From: an uncultured Alphaproteobacteria bacterium
GTDB taxonomy: Bacteria > Pseudomonadota > Alphaproteobacteria > HIMB59 > GCA-002718135
Direction of reading: 5' to 3'
NCBI GenBank assembly: GCA_902518985.1
Contig: CABYIF010000002.1
Coordinates: forward strand, 4,660 to 68,659
Length of the DNA: 64,000 bases
In this document: positions 9,870 to 19,570 of the stretch, piece after piece
Position numbering within the stretch: the stretch's first letter is position 1
Layout: the number at the start of each line of letters is the position of its first letter
Program-made: the position numbers and the translations under genes
Notes under the pieces: generated by a model
Database searches by the model: none
Seen by the model: the letters and a program-made list of their open reading frames with translations, nothing else
What the model was told of the DNA's origin: nothing

Positions 9870-9880
9870 GGAAGTTAGTT

Positions 9881-10234
9881 ATGGCAAGAGTATCAAGAGG
9901 TGTTACAGCAAGAGCTAGACACAAAAAAGTTATTAAAAGAGCTAAAGGATATTACGGTAGAAGAAAAAATGTTTTTAGAGTTGCCGTACAAGCTGTTGAG
10001 AGGGGCATGCAATATGCTTATAGAGATCGCAAAAAAAGAAAAAGTGATTTTCGCGGACTTTGGATACAAAGAATTAACGCAGGTGTTCGTCTACACGGCC
10101 TAACATATTCTCAATTTATCTCTGGTTTAAAAAAATCTTCTATCGAAATTGATAGAAAAATCTTAGCAGATCTTGCAGTTAATCAGCCTGATGCTTTCAA
10201 AGCATTAGTTGATAAAGCTCAATCTGCTAGATAA
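9881..10234 (+). CDS. rplT: 50S ribosomal protein L20
   Basis: [17 protein letters not shown]...[10 protein letters not shown] is the canonical L20 sequence. Confidence 0.95.
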   Translation: MARVSRGVTARARHKKVIKRAKGYYGRRKNVFRVAVQAVERGMQYAYRDRKKRKSDFRGLWIQRINAGVRLHGLTYSQFISGLKKSSIEIDRKILADLAVNQPDAFKALVDKAQSAR

Positions 10235-10261
10235 TTTTTATTAATAAAATATAATAGATTA

Positions 10262-11320
10262 ATGGTTTTTGCAGAAAACAAAAATGATATCTTAAAGAAA
10301 ATCAAAGATATAAATTCTTTTGAAGAATTAGAAAAATTAAGATTATATTATCTTGGAAAAAAAGGAATTATTCCTGAGTCCCTTAAAGGTTTGGCTTCTC
10401 TGTCAATTGAAGAAAAAAAAACTAAGGGACAAGAAATAAATATTTTTAAAAAATTTGTTGAAGAAATTTTAAGAGAACAAAAAACAATTCTTGAAAATTC
10501 ACAAATTGCTAAAAAAATTAAACAAGAAATAATTGATGTTACTTTGCCTCCCAATATTAAAACAGCCGGTAAAATACACCCAATTAGTCAAACAATTTTC
10601 AATATTATCGAAATATTTGGTAATCTTAATTATTCTGTTGAAACAGGACCAGATATAGAAACAGATTTTAACAATTTCACTGCTTTAAATATTCCTGAGC
10701 ACCATCCTGCAAGAGAAATGCAAGATACATTTTATCTGGAAGGTAATCAGGAAAACAACGTATTACGAACTCATACTAGTCCAGTCCAAGTTAGGACTAT
10801 GCTGAAAAACAAACCTCCAATCAAAATAATTGTTCCTGGTAGAACTTATCGTAGTGACTCAGATGCGACGCATGCCCCTATGTTTCATCAAGTTGAAGGA
10901 CTTGTTGTAAATCAAAATGCTACCATGGTAGATTTAAAATCCACATTAGTTTTATTTCTTGAAGAGTTTTTTGAAGTCAAAAATTTACAATATCGTTTCC
11001 GTCCTAGTTATTTTCCATTCACTGAGCCAAGTGCAGAAATGGATGTAGCTTACACTAAAGTCAACAATAAAATAAAAATAGGTGAGGGAAACAATTGGTT
11101 AGAGATATTAGGCTGTGGAATGGTTAATCCATTAGTTTTAGAAAATTGTAAGATTGACTCTAAAGTTTATCAAGGCTTTGCATTTGGTATGGGCATAGAA
11201 CGTTTATCAATGTTAAAGTATGGGATTTCAGACTTAAGAAGTTTTTTTGAATTAAATTATAGATGGTTAGATCATTATGGTTTTAGTGTTTTAGACAATC
11301 AAACAAGGTCTGGTCTTTAA
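10262..11320 (+). CDS. pheS: phenylalanine--tRNA ligase alpha subunit
   Basis: Class II aaRS motifs are present (HPARDMQDTFY-like HPAREMQDTFY, FRPSYFPFTEPS, GFAFGMGIERL). Confidence 0.95.
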   Translation: MVFAENKNDILKKIKDINSFEELEKLRLYYLGKKGIIPESLKGLASLSIEEKKTKGQEINIFKKFVEEILREQKTILENSQIAKKIKQEIIDVTLPPNIKTAGKIHPISQTIFNIIEIFGNLNYSVETGPDIETDFNNFTALNIPEHHPAREMQDTFYLEGNQENNVLRTHTSPVQVRTMLKNKPPIKIIVPGRTYRSDSDATHAPMFHQVEGLVVNQNATMVDLKSTLVLFLEEFFEVKNLQYRFRPSYFPFTEPSAEMDVAYTKVNNKIKIGEGNNWLEILGCGMVNPLVLENCKIDSKVYQGFAFGMGIERLSMLKYGISDLRSFFELNYRWLDHYGFSVLDNQTRSGL

Positions 11321-13711
11321 ATGAAATTCACACTAGACTGGTTAAAAGATCATTTAGACTCTTCAGCTGATTTAAATACCATTGCTGACACATTAACTAA
11401 CATAGGATTAGAAATAGAAAACGTTGAGGACAAATCAAATGACTACAAAGATTTTAGTGTTGCAAAAGTTATCAGAGCAGAAAAACATCCAGACGCAGAT
11501 AAGTTAAAAGTATGTCAGGTTAAAACTAAAAGTGGAGAGTTTCAAGTTGTATGTGGTGCACCTAATGCAAGAGAGGGTATGTTAGGCATTTTTGCTCCTG
11601 AAAATAGTTATATCCCAGGAACACAACTACATTTAAAAAAAACAAAAATCAGAGGTGTTGAATCATGCGGGATGCTTGTTTCTGAAAGAGAGATGGGTAT
11701 TTCAGATGAACATGATGGAATAATAGAAGTTGATTTAAAATATAAAATAGGCGAACCATTTAGTAAAATATTTAAGCTTGATGAACCTGTTATAGAAATA
11801 AATATAACACCAAATAGATCTGATTGTCTATCAGTAAGAGGGATAGCTAGAGATTTAGCTGCTGCAGGGCTTGGTAAACTTAAAGATTTAAAATTTAAAG
11901 CAATAAATGAGTCAATTAAAAGTCCAATTAAATGGAATAAAGACTTTAAAGATCAAAATTTATGTCCTGGAGTTTCAGGAAGATATTTTAAAAATGTTAA
12001 AAATATTGAAAGTCCTAAATGGCTTCAAGATAGATTAACAGCGATAGGACTTCGTCCAATATCGGCTTTAGTTGATATTACTAATTATATTACTTTTGAT
12101 TTAGGTCGCCCATTACATGTTTATGATGCTGATAAAGTTACTGGAAATCTCACTATGAGATTGGCGAAAAAAGATGAAGAGTGTCTAGCACTTAATGAAG
12201 TGAATTATAAATGTACTGAAGATATGATTGTTATATCTGATGATGATAGTAAGCTTCATGGTATTGGCGGTGTAATGGGTGGTCTTGAAAGTGGTTGCAG
12301 CATGAACACCAATAATGTTTTTTTAGAGGTCGCTTTATTTGATCCTATATCAGTCACTAAAACAGGAAGAAAACTTAATTTACAGAGTGATGCAAGATAT
12401 CGGTTTGAAAGGGGAATAGACTTTGAGTCAATTTACTGGGGTGTTGAAGCTGCAAGCCAAATGATACTTGAATTATGTGGTGGTGAAGCAAGTGAATTTG
12501 TTTCGACAAAAATAAATCAAACAGAAATTAAGAAAATAAATTTTGACACCAATAAAATCAACTCATTTGGGGGTATTAATATTGATATTAAAGATCAATG
12601 TAAGATTCTAGACTCTCTTGGATTTCAAGTTAAAGAAAATAATTCAATTCTTGAAGTTAAAGTTCCAACATTCAGACCTGATATAGTTGGAGAAGCAGAC
12701 ATTGTGGAGGAAATAATAAGAATCTATGGATTTGATAAAATTCCTCTCAAAAAAATAATTAATGACGAAGAAAAAACACAAATATTAAATTCTTCAGTTA
12801 AGACTTATCATAAAACTAAAAAAATTATTGCAGCAGAGGGATACTCAGAAGTTGTAACTTGGTCTTTTATGGATGAAAATAACGCAAAAATCTTGTTCAG
12901 TAATTTAATTAGTTTGCAAAATCCAATTAGCAGTGATTTAAATACCATGAGACCATCCACTATCCCAAATCTTTTGGAAGCTATTAATCAAAATAAATCT
13001 CGTATGTATACAAGAGCTAAAATTTTTGAAGTTGGTCCAAATTTTTCCAAATCTCTCCATGATTTGCAGGAAAATGTTGCTTCAGCAATAACATACGGTT
13101 CAATTGACGAGGAAAATTGGTTTTCTAATAAAAAAAATAGTAATGTTTATAGTACAAAAGCTGACCTATTTAGTATTTTAAGTGGTTTAAATGTTCCTAT
13201 TGAAAATTTATCATACAATAAAAATGAGGATAAAATTTACCATCCTGGTAAATCTTCTGCTTTAAGATTAGGTAAAAACATAATTGCAAAATTTGGTGAG
13301 TTGCATCCAATTTTATTAAAAACTATGGATGTAAATATAAAAGTTTATGGATTTGAAATTTATTTAGATAATATCTCTCAATTTCAAGAAAATAAATCTT
13401 CTTCTCGTAGTGCATTTTCAAATAATCCATATCAAATGGTAGAAAGAGATTTTGCATTTCTTTTACCAAAAGAAATTGAGGCGATTCAAATTATAAAAAA
13501 AGTAAAAAAAATAGATAAAAATTTAATAAATAAAGTAACAATATTTGATGTTTATGAAGGAGATAAATTACCTGATAATAAAAAAAGTATTGCGATAAGA
13601 GTCTTACTTGAACCTATAGATAAAACTTTTAAAGATGAAGAAATAGAAAATTTATCTCAACAAATTATAGAACAAGTATCAAAATCTTTCGAAGCTTCAA
13701 TTAGGCAGTAA
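11321..13711 (+). CDS. pheT: phenylalanine--tRNA ligase beta subunit
   Basis: The 796-aa protein begins [12 protein letters not shown]. It has tRNA-binding, B3/4, B5 and C-terminal anticodon-binding regions, and it directly follows pheS. Confidence 0.95.
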   Translation: MKFTLDWLKDHLDSSADLNTIADTLTNIGLEIENVEDKSNDYKDFSVAKVIRAEKHPDADKLKVCQVKTKSGEFQVVCGAPNAREGMLGIFAPENSYIPGTQLHLKKTKIRGVESCGMLVSEREMGISDEHDGIIEVDLKYKIGEPFSKIFKLDEPVIEINITPNRSDCLSVRGIARDLAAAGLGKLKDLKFKAINESIKSPIKWNKDFKDQNLCPGVSGRYFKNVKNIESPKWLQDRLTAIGLRPISALVDITNYITFDLGRPLHVYDADKVTGNLTMRLAKKDEECLALNEVNYKCTEDMIVISDDDSKLHGIGGVMGGLESGCSMNTNNVFLEVALFDPISVTKTGRKLNLQSDARYRFERGIDFESIYWGVEAASQMILELCGGEASEFVSTKINQTEIKKINFDTNKINSFGGINIDIKDQCKILDSLGFQVKENNSILEVKVPTFRPDIVGEADIVEEIIRIYGFDKIPLKKIINDEEKTQILNSSVKTYHKTKKIIAAEGYSEVVTWSFMDENNAKILFSNLISLQNPISSDLNTMRPSTIPNLLEAINQNKSRMYTRAKIFEVGPNFSKSLHDLQENVASAITYGSIDEENWFSNKKNSNVYSTKADLFSILSGLNVPIENLSYNKNEDKIYHPGKSSALRLGKNIIAKFGELHPILLKTMDVNIKVYGFEIYLDNISQFQENKSSSRSAFSNNPYQMVERDFAFLLPKEIEAIQIIKKVKKIDKNLINKVTIFDVYEGDKLPDNKKSIAIRVLLEPIDKTFKDEEIENLSQQIIEQVSKSFEASIRQ

Positions 13712-15513
13712 TGACAGAACTTAGTTCTATAAGAAATTTTTCAATTGTTGCGCATATAGATCATGGAAAATCAACTCTTGCTGATAGATTAATACAATTT
13801 TGTGGAGGTTTAACAGATAGAGAAATGAAAGAACAAGTACTTGATTCAATGGAATTGGAGAGGGAGCGAGGAATCACAATTAAGGCTCAAACAGTAAGAT
13901 TAACCTATCAGTCTCAAGATGGGAAAAAATATATTTTAAACATAATGGATACTCCGGGTCATGTAGATTTTTCTTATGAAGTCTCTAGGTCTCTTGCGGC
14001 ATGTGAAGGATCGCTGTTAATTGTAGACTCGACACAAGGTGTTGAAGCTCAAACATTAGCTAATGCATATCAAGCAATAAATAATGATCATGAAATATTA
14101 CCAGTATTAAACAAGATAGACCTACCGTCCTCAGAACCTGAGAAAATAAAATCACAAATTGAGGATGTATTAGGGATTGAAACTGATAATGCATCTTTAG
14201 TGTCAGCAAAAACTGGATTGGGAATAGAAGATCTACTTAATAAAATTATTACCTCACTTCCATCACCTTCTGGTGAGCCAGATAGTCCATTAAAATGCAT
14301 GCTTGTAGATAGTTGGTATGATAGTTACTTAGGAGTCGTTGTATTAGTAAGAGTTGTTAATGGAAGTTTAAAAAAAAATCAAAAAATTAGATTTATGGCT
14401 ACTGGTGCAACATATACAATTGATAGAGTAGGCGTGTTTTCCCCAAAAGCCACTGAAGTTAATTTATTAGGACCTGGTGAAATAGGTTTCATAAATTCCG
14501 GAATAAAAAGTGTATCCGATTGTAAAGTTGGAGATACAATTACTGATGACAAATATCCTACAGATCAAGTTTTACCTGGCTTCAAACCATCACAACCTGT
14601 GGTGTTTTGCGGCATGTTTCCTGTAGACTCAGATGATTATGAACACATGCGAGATAGTATGTCTAAGCTTGCTTTGAATGACTCTAGTTTTTCCTATGAA
14701 CCTGAAGTTAGTCCAGCTCTAGGTTATGGTTTTCGTTGCGGATTTTTGGGTTTATTACATTTAGAAATTATAAGAGATCGATTTGAAAGAGAATTTAATT
14801 TAGAGCTTGTTACAACTGCTCCATCGGTTGTTTATAAAATTGAGATGAAAGATGGTTCTAATATAAATTTACACAACCCTACTGATATGCCTGATCCAGT
14901 TAAAGTAGAAAATATCTCAGAGCCATGGATAAAAGCAACAATTATTGTTCCTGAGGAATTTCTTGGATCAGTTCTAGAACTTTGTACCTCAAAGAGAGGC
15001 ATTCAATTGAATATGAGTTATGCTGGAAATAGACCATTAGTTGAATATAAACTCCCATTAAATGAAGTAGTTTTTGATTTTTATGATAGATTAAAATCCT
15101 TAACAAAAGGTTACGCAAGTTTTGATTATGAAATTACAGGTTACGAAATAAATAACTTGGTTAAAGTAGGCATTCTAATAAATGGTGATCCAGTAGATGC
15201 ACTTTCTCTTATAGTGCATAAAGATAGATCAGAACAAAGAGGAAGAGCTTTATGTGAACGATTAAAAGATTTAATTCCAAGACAACAATTTAAAGTTGCT
15301 ATTCAAGCAGCAATTGGAGGAAAAATAATCGCTAGAGAAACCGTAGCTTCATTTAGAAAAGATGTGACTCAAAAGTTATATGGAGGTGATGTAACCAGAA
15401 AAAATAAACTTCTTGATAAACAAAAAAAGGGAAAAAAACGTATGAGACAATTTGGGAAAGTTGATATTCCCCAAAATACATTCTTAAACGCACTCAAAAT
15501 GAAAGATAATTAA
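13711..15513 (+). CDS. lepA: translation elongation factor 4 (LepA)
   Basis: G-domain motifs [14 protein letters not shown] and NKID are present, along with the LepA-specific C-terminal domain. The start overlaps the pheT stop (TAATG). Confidence 0.95.
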   Translation: MTELSSIRNFSIVAHIDHGKSTLADRLIQFCGGLTDREMKEQVLDSMELERERGITIKAQTVRLTYQSQDGKKYILNIMDTPGHVDFSYEVSRSLAACEGSLLIVDSTQGVEAQTLANAYQAINNDHEILPVLNKIDLPSSEPEKIKSQIEDVLGIETDNASLVSAKTGLGIEDLLNKIITSLPSPSGEPDSPLKCMLVDSWYDSYLGVVVLVRVVNGSLKKNQKIRFMATGATYTIDRVGVFSPKATEVNLLGPGEIGFINSGIKSVSDCKVGDTITDDKYPTDQVLPGFKPSQPVVFCGMFPVDSDDYEHMRDSMSKLALNDSSFSYEPEVSPALGYGFRCGFLGLLHLEIIRDRFEREFNLELVTTAPSVVYKIEMKDGSNINLHNPTDMPDPVKVENISEPWIKATIIVPEEFLGSVLELCTSKRGIQLNMSYAGNRPLVEYKLPLNEVVFDFYDRLKSLTKGYASFDYEITGYEINNLVKVGILINGDPVDALSLIVHKDRSEQRGRALCERLKDLIPRQQFKVAIQAAIGGKIIARETVASFRKDVTQKLYGGDVTRKNKLLDKQKKGKKRMRQFGKVDIPQNTFLNALKMKDN

Positions 15514-15515
15514 AA

Positions 15516-16169
15516 TTAGTTATTAAAATCTTTTATCAAATCATAATCATCTTGATATATTTTTTTTATTTTTTTATTTTGATTTGTATCAAGAGATATC
15601 TCAAATTTTCCACCACCTAATTGTAATCTAGGAAAAATAATTTCCTTTTGAAAAAAACTATTAATTTTTTTTACAAATAAACTAACATCACTTGTATTAG
15701 CGATTATATCAAAATATTTTAAATCATTTCCAAGCCAATAATTTTGGGGTAAAAAATGTCTATTCTCAAAAATATTATTCTCTAATTTTTCAATTACTAA
15801 GTCAATTGAATGATTTTTAAATGCAATATCTTGATGATAAAGTATTCTATTTTTATAAGCTGAAATAAAACGTTTAATAGGATCTCTTACCAAACAGCAT
15901 TTTATATCAACCTCTATTTTTTGAAATTTAGTGTATGATGGCAAAAAGTGAATTATATCTTTTTTGTCTTTATATTTTTTATGAACTTCCTCTGTTTGTA
16001 AATACCTTGGTAAATCATTATCCAAATTGTAAAATTTATTTTCAAGACCTAAATGTTTTATTAGAAAAAGTTTAACAGAAGAATTTGCATTTTTTGCTAC
16101 AGGATAATAAGCTAATTTTTTTTTTGTATTTGGATTAGTTATTATTAAATAGTTAATTTTGTTTGCCAT
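15516..16169 (-). CDS. PAPS-dependent sulfotransferase family protein (Sulfotransfer_2-like)
   Basis: It has a 5'-PSB-like loop (YYPVAKNANSSVK) and a 3'-PB-like motif (VRDPIKRFISAYKNR). ATG 16169 is preferred over TTG 16178. Confidence 0.6.
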   Translation of the reverse strand: MANKINYLIITNPNTKKKLAYYPVAKNANSSVKLFLIKHLGLENKFYNLDNDLPRYLQTEEVHKKYKDKKDIIHFLPSYTKFQKIEVDIKCCLVRDPIKRFISAYKNRILYHQDIAFKNHSIDLVIEKLENNIFENRHFLPQNYWLGNDLKYFDIIANTSDVSLFVKKINSFFQKEIIFPRLQLGGGKFEISLDTNQNKKIKKIYQDDYDLIKDFNN

Positions 16170-16325
16170 AATTATCAATTAAATTTAGCATTTATTAGTA
16201 ACTAATGAAATAATATGATAAAATTAAATTTATTTAATTGTCAAATCAGAATTTTTTACAACTTAATTACAAATAGTTTCATTTATAGACTAATATATTG
16301 TAAGAAATTTTAGAAATTTTAAACA

Positions 16326-16415
16326 GGAGAGATGTGAGAGTGGTTTAATCAGCACGCTTGGAAAGCGTGTGTAGTAGCAATATTACCGAGGGTTCGAATC
16401 CCTCTCTCTCCGCCA
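16326..16415 (+). tRNA. tRNA-Ser (anticodon GGA), encoded CCA
   Basis: Acceptor GGAGAGA/TCTCTCC, anticodon arm CACGC-TTGGAAA-GCGTG, long variable arm, T-arm GAGGG-TTCGAAT-CCCTC, discriminator G followed by CCA. It aligns closely to the E. coli tRNA-Ser(GGA) architecture. Confidence 0.9.
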
Positions 16416-16431
16416 TAAATTAATATTTTTC

Positions 16432-17133
16432 TTAATCTTTAATTTTTGAAAAAAAGGAATACTTTAAAATACAATATATAGCTCTAAAGCCGTCTTGCCA
16501 TGTAATTTTTTTTCCTTCACTATAATCTCTTCCATAATAGTTTATACCTATTTCATAAAATTTACACTTCATTTTTGAGAGTTTAATTGTCATTTCCGGC
16601 TCCACACCAAACCTATTTTCTTTTATATCAATTTTTTTAAAGAATGAACTTTTAATAGCTTTGTAACATGTTTCCATATCGCTTAGATTTAAATTTGTGA
16701 AAAAATTACACAGATGTGTAAGAACAAAGTTACCAATTCTATGCCAAAATAATAATGATCTTGACTCACCATAACCTTTAAATCTTGATCCATAAACTAC
16801 ATCAGCCTTACCATCTAATATAGGTTTGATTAATCTTACATGTTCAATTGGGTCATACTCTAAATCTGCATCTTGTATTAAGCATATATCGCCAGTTATA
16901 AACTTTGAAGCAGTTTTTAGACATGCTCCCTTACCCTTATTAATCTCATGTTTTATTATTTTAATTTCTGAGTTACTTTTAAATTTTTTCAATTTCTCTA
17001 AAGACTTATCGGTTGAGCAGTCATCTACAACTATAATTTCCTTATTGGAATATTGATTGTCTAAAACTTTTTCTAATATTAGTTCGATAGTCTGTTCTTC
17101 ATTATAAACTGGAATAATTATTGATAATTTCAT
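16432..17133 (-). CDS. glycosyltransferase family 2, polyprenyl-phosphate glycosyltransferase type (DPM1/ArnC/GtrB-like)
   Basis: It has IIIPVYNEE, VVDDCSTD and QDADLEYDP motifs. At 233 aa it is the soluble DPM1-like size. The start overlaps the upstream gene's stop (TAATG). Confidence 0.75.
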   Translation of the reverse strand: MKLSIIIPVYNEEQTIELILEKVLDNQYSNKEIIVVDDCSTDKSLEKLKKFKSNSEIKIIKHEINKGKGACLKTASKFITGDICLIQDADLEYDPIEHVRLIKPILDGKADVVYGSRFKGYGESRSLLFWHRIGNFVLTHLCNFFTNLNLSDMETCYKAIKSSFFKKIDIKENRFGVEPEMTIKLSKMKCKFYEIGINYYGRDYSEGKKITWQDGFRAIYCILKYSFFSKIKD

Positions 17134-18062
17134 TACTTATTTTTAAAATAATCTATCGTTTTTTGAAGTCCATTTTCTAACTTTACCTGTCGATTCCAAT
17201 TAAGTAGTTTTTTTGCTAAATATAAATTAGGTTTTCTTTTTATTGGATCATCTTCAGCCTTTTCAACATTTACTATTTTGCTTTTTGAATTTGTTAATTT
17301 AATTATCTTCTTTGCTAGATTATAAATGGTAATTTCATTATCTGATCCAATATTAATTGGACCTTGTATAGCCATCTTCGAATTCATTAATTTAACTAAA
17401 CCTCTAACTGTATCTGATACATAACAAAAAGATCTAGTTTGTTTGCCATTACCATGAATAATTAGTGGATTTCCTTTTAATGCCGACAAAATAAAATTAC
17501 TTACAACTCTGCCATCGTCATTATTCATATTGGGGCCATAAGTATTAAAAATTCTAGCAATTTTGATGTTTATTTTATGCGTTCTATAATAGTCAAAAAA
17601 AATCGACTCTGCTAATCTCTTTCCTTCATCATAACACGCCCTTACGCCAATAATATTTACATTACCCCTGTAACTTTCGTCCTGAGGGTGAATCAAAGGA
17701 TCACCATATACTTCACTTGTAGAGGCTTGGAAAATTTTAGCATTATTTTTTTTAGCTAGCTCTAGCAAATTAATTGATCCAAAAATATTGGTTTTAATCG
17801 TATCAAGAGGATTTTTTTGATATTTTTTTGGTGAAGCTGGGCAAGCTAAATTATAAATTTCATCACATTTAAGAGTAATTTTTTTTTGAACATTCTGCTT
17901 AATAAAAGAAAAGTTTTTATTTTTACTTAAAATTTCAATATTTTTTTTACTTCCAGTGAAGTAATTATCTAAACAAATAACTTTATTATTTTTCAACAAA
18001 CTCTGACATAAGTGAAAGCCTATAAAACCAGCTCCACCCGCAACTAAAATTTTTTTTTTCAT
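17133..18062 (-). CDS. UDP-glucuronate decarboxylase (UDP-xylose synthase), SDR family
   Basis: It is collinear with UXS enzymes: GGAGFIG, CLDNYFTGSKKN, ASTSEVYGDP, ACYDEGKR (Y-x3-K), RIFNTYGP, DGRVVSNFI, DDPIKRKP. Confidence 0.85.
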   Translation of the reverse strand: MKKKILVAGGAGFIGFHLCQSLLKNNKVICLDNYFTGSKKNIEILSKNKNFSFIKQNVQKKITLKCDEIYNLACPASPKKYQKNPLDTIKTNIFGSINLLELAKKNNAKIFQASTSEVYGDPLIHPQDESYRGNVNIIGVRACYDEGKRLAESIFFDYYRTHKINIKIARIFNTYGPNMNNDDGRVVSNFILSALKGNPLIIHGNGKQTRSFCYVSDTVRGLVKLMNSKMAIQGPINIGSDNEITIYNLAKKIIKLTNSKSKIVNVEKAEDDPIKRKPNLYLAKKLLNWNRQVKLENGLQKTIDYFKNK

Positions 18063-18109
18063 TTAACAAAATTTATGTATATAAATATACTTATTACACT
18101 ATAAATAAA

Positions 18110-19570
18110 ATGAAAGAAGTTAATTTTATATTTGAAAAAAAATACTATATTTTATTTTTAATTCTTTTTCTTAGTTATGTTTTAACAGCTATTAATAGTG
18201 TAGGGTTTTATAAAGATGATGAACATTTTCAAATACTAGAGCCATTAGCTTATTTATTGGGTATCAACACCACATTAATAGATGACCCAACTGGTTATTA
18301 TTGGGAATGGACATCTGGATATAGAATTAGACCATGGTTTCAGCCTTTTTTCTATTATCAAATAATATCTCTTGTAAAGCAATTAAATATTAACGATCCT
18401 TTTATTTGGGCATTGGTCTTGAGAATTTTTAATGGTACTTTGGGGCTTATAAGTGTTTTTATTCTTTTTTTCTCATTAAAAAAATATTTTGTTAAAGATG
18501 AAAGGATACAATATTATGTTATTTTTTTTACATTTTGGTTTTATCCTTTTTTACATGTAAGAACTTCATCAGAGTCTCTTAGTATAACCTTATTTACAAT
18601 CACAGTTCCATTTTTTTTAAATCTTTTTGAGTCAAAAATAATAAAATTCCAAATATACAAAGTAGTATTTTTTGGTTTCATTCTTGGTTTAGCTATAGTT
18701 GTAAGACCACAAATTATATTTACTATATTTCCTTTTTTTTTATGGTTTGTTTTCTTTAAATTTCACTTTTATAAGTTATTTATAACATCACTAGGTATTT
18801 TGATATCTATTTCTGTTGGACTATACGTCGATTATTTGAATTGGGGATACTTTACAAATACATATTGGCAAATTTTTCAAGTTCAAATTTTGAGTGGTCA
18901 AATGCAAGGTTTCGGTCATAAGCCTTGGTGGTTTTATTTTATTACAATATTGAAAGATCTATCTCCAGGATTTAGTTTATTTTTTATTATAGGACTTTTT
19001 ATTTTTTCTATCAAAAAAATTAATAATATTTTTACCTGGATGACACTAGGAACAATAATAATTCTTTTATTTTTTAAGCACAAAGAAACCAGATTTATTT
19101 TTCAAATATATGTTTTATCTCCCTTTTTTGTTATGTATTTATTAAGTATTGTATCTAACAATAAATTAAAAAATTTAATTTTTTATTTGTCCTTTATATC
19201 TAATGTAATTTTTTTATTAATAATTTGCTTACTACCAGCTAATAATAAAATTCATTTATATAAAAATATATTTTATGAAAATCTTACTGACTCAAAAATT
19301 TATTACGCAGGCAACAATCCTTACATGATTAATAATTTAGAACCAACATTTTATACAAATTTTCTTCCTGAAATAGATGAATTTAATAATTCTATAAATT
19401 TAAATAAATTTTATTTTGTTACAAATAATTATACAGAGCTAGAAAATATAAAAAAGAAATATAGTTGTAATATTAAGTTTAGCTCCTATCCACAAAAAAT
19501 ATTAGAAATTAATAAAACATTAACTAAACGTAATATGAATTGGTATATACTAAGTTGTGAAAAAACTTAG
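18110..19570 (+). CDS. GT-C fold integral-membrane glycosyltransferase (GT22/ALG9-PIG-B-like motif)
   Basis: The 486-aa protein has many predicted TM segments. The first extracytoplasmic loop carries DDEHFQILEP (nt 18215..18244), which resembles the HPDExFQxxE signature of polyprenyl-phosphate-sugar-dependent GT22 enzymes. Confidence 0.55.
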   Translation: MKEVNFIFEKKYYILFLILFLSYVLTAINSVGFYKDDEHFQILEPLAYLLGINTTLIDDPTGYYWEWTSGYRIRPWFQPFFYYQIISLVKQLNINDPFIWALVLRIFNGTLGLISVFILFFSLKKYFVKDERIQYYVIFFTFWFYPFLHVRTSSESLSITLFTITVPFFLNLFESKIIKFQIYKVVFFGFILGLAIVVRPQIIFTIFPFFLWFVFFKFHFYKLFITSLGILISISVGLYVDYLNWGYFTNTYWQIFQVQILSGQMQGFGHKPWWFYFITILKDLSPGFSLFFIIGLFIFSIKKINNIFTWMTLGTIIILLFFKHKETRFIFQIYVLSPFFVMYLLSIVSNNKLKNLIFYLSFISNVIFLLIICLLPANNKIHLYKNIFYENLTDSKIYYAGNNPYMINNLEPTFYTNFLPEIDEFNNSINLNKFYFVTNNYTELENIKKKYSCNIKFSSYPQKILEINKTLTKRNMNWYILSCEKT

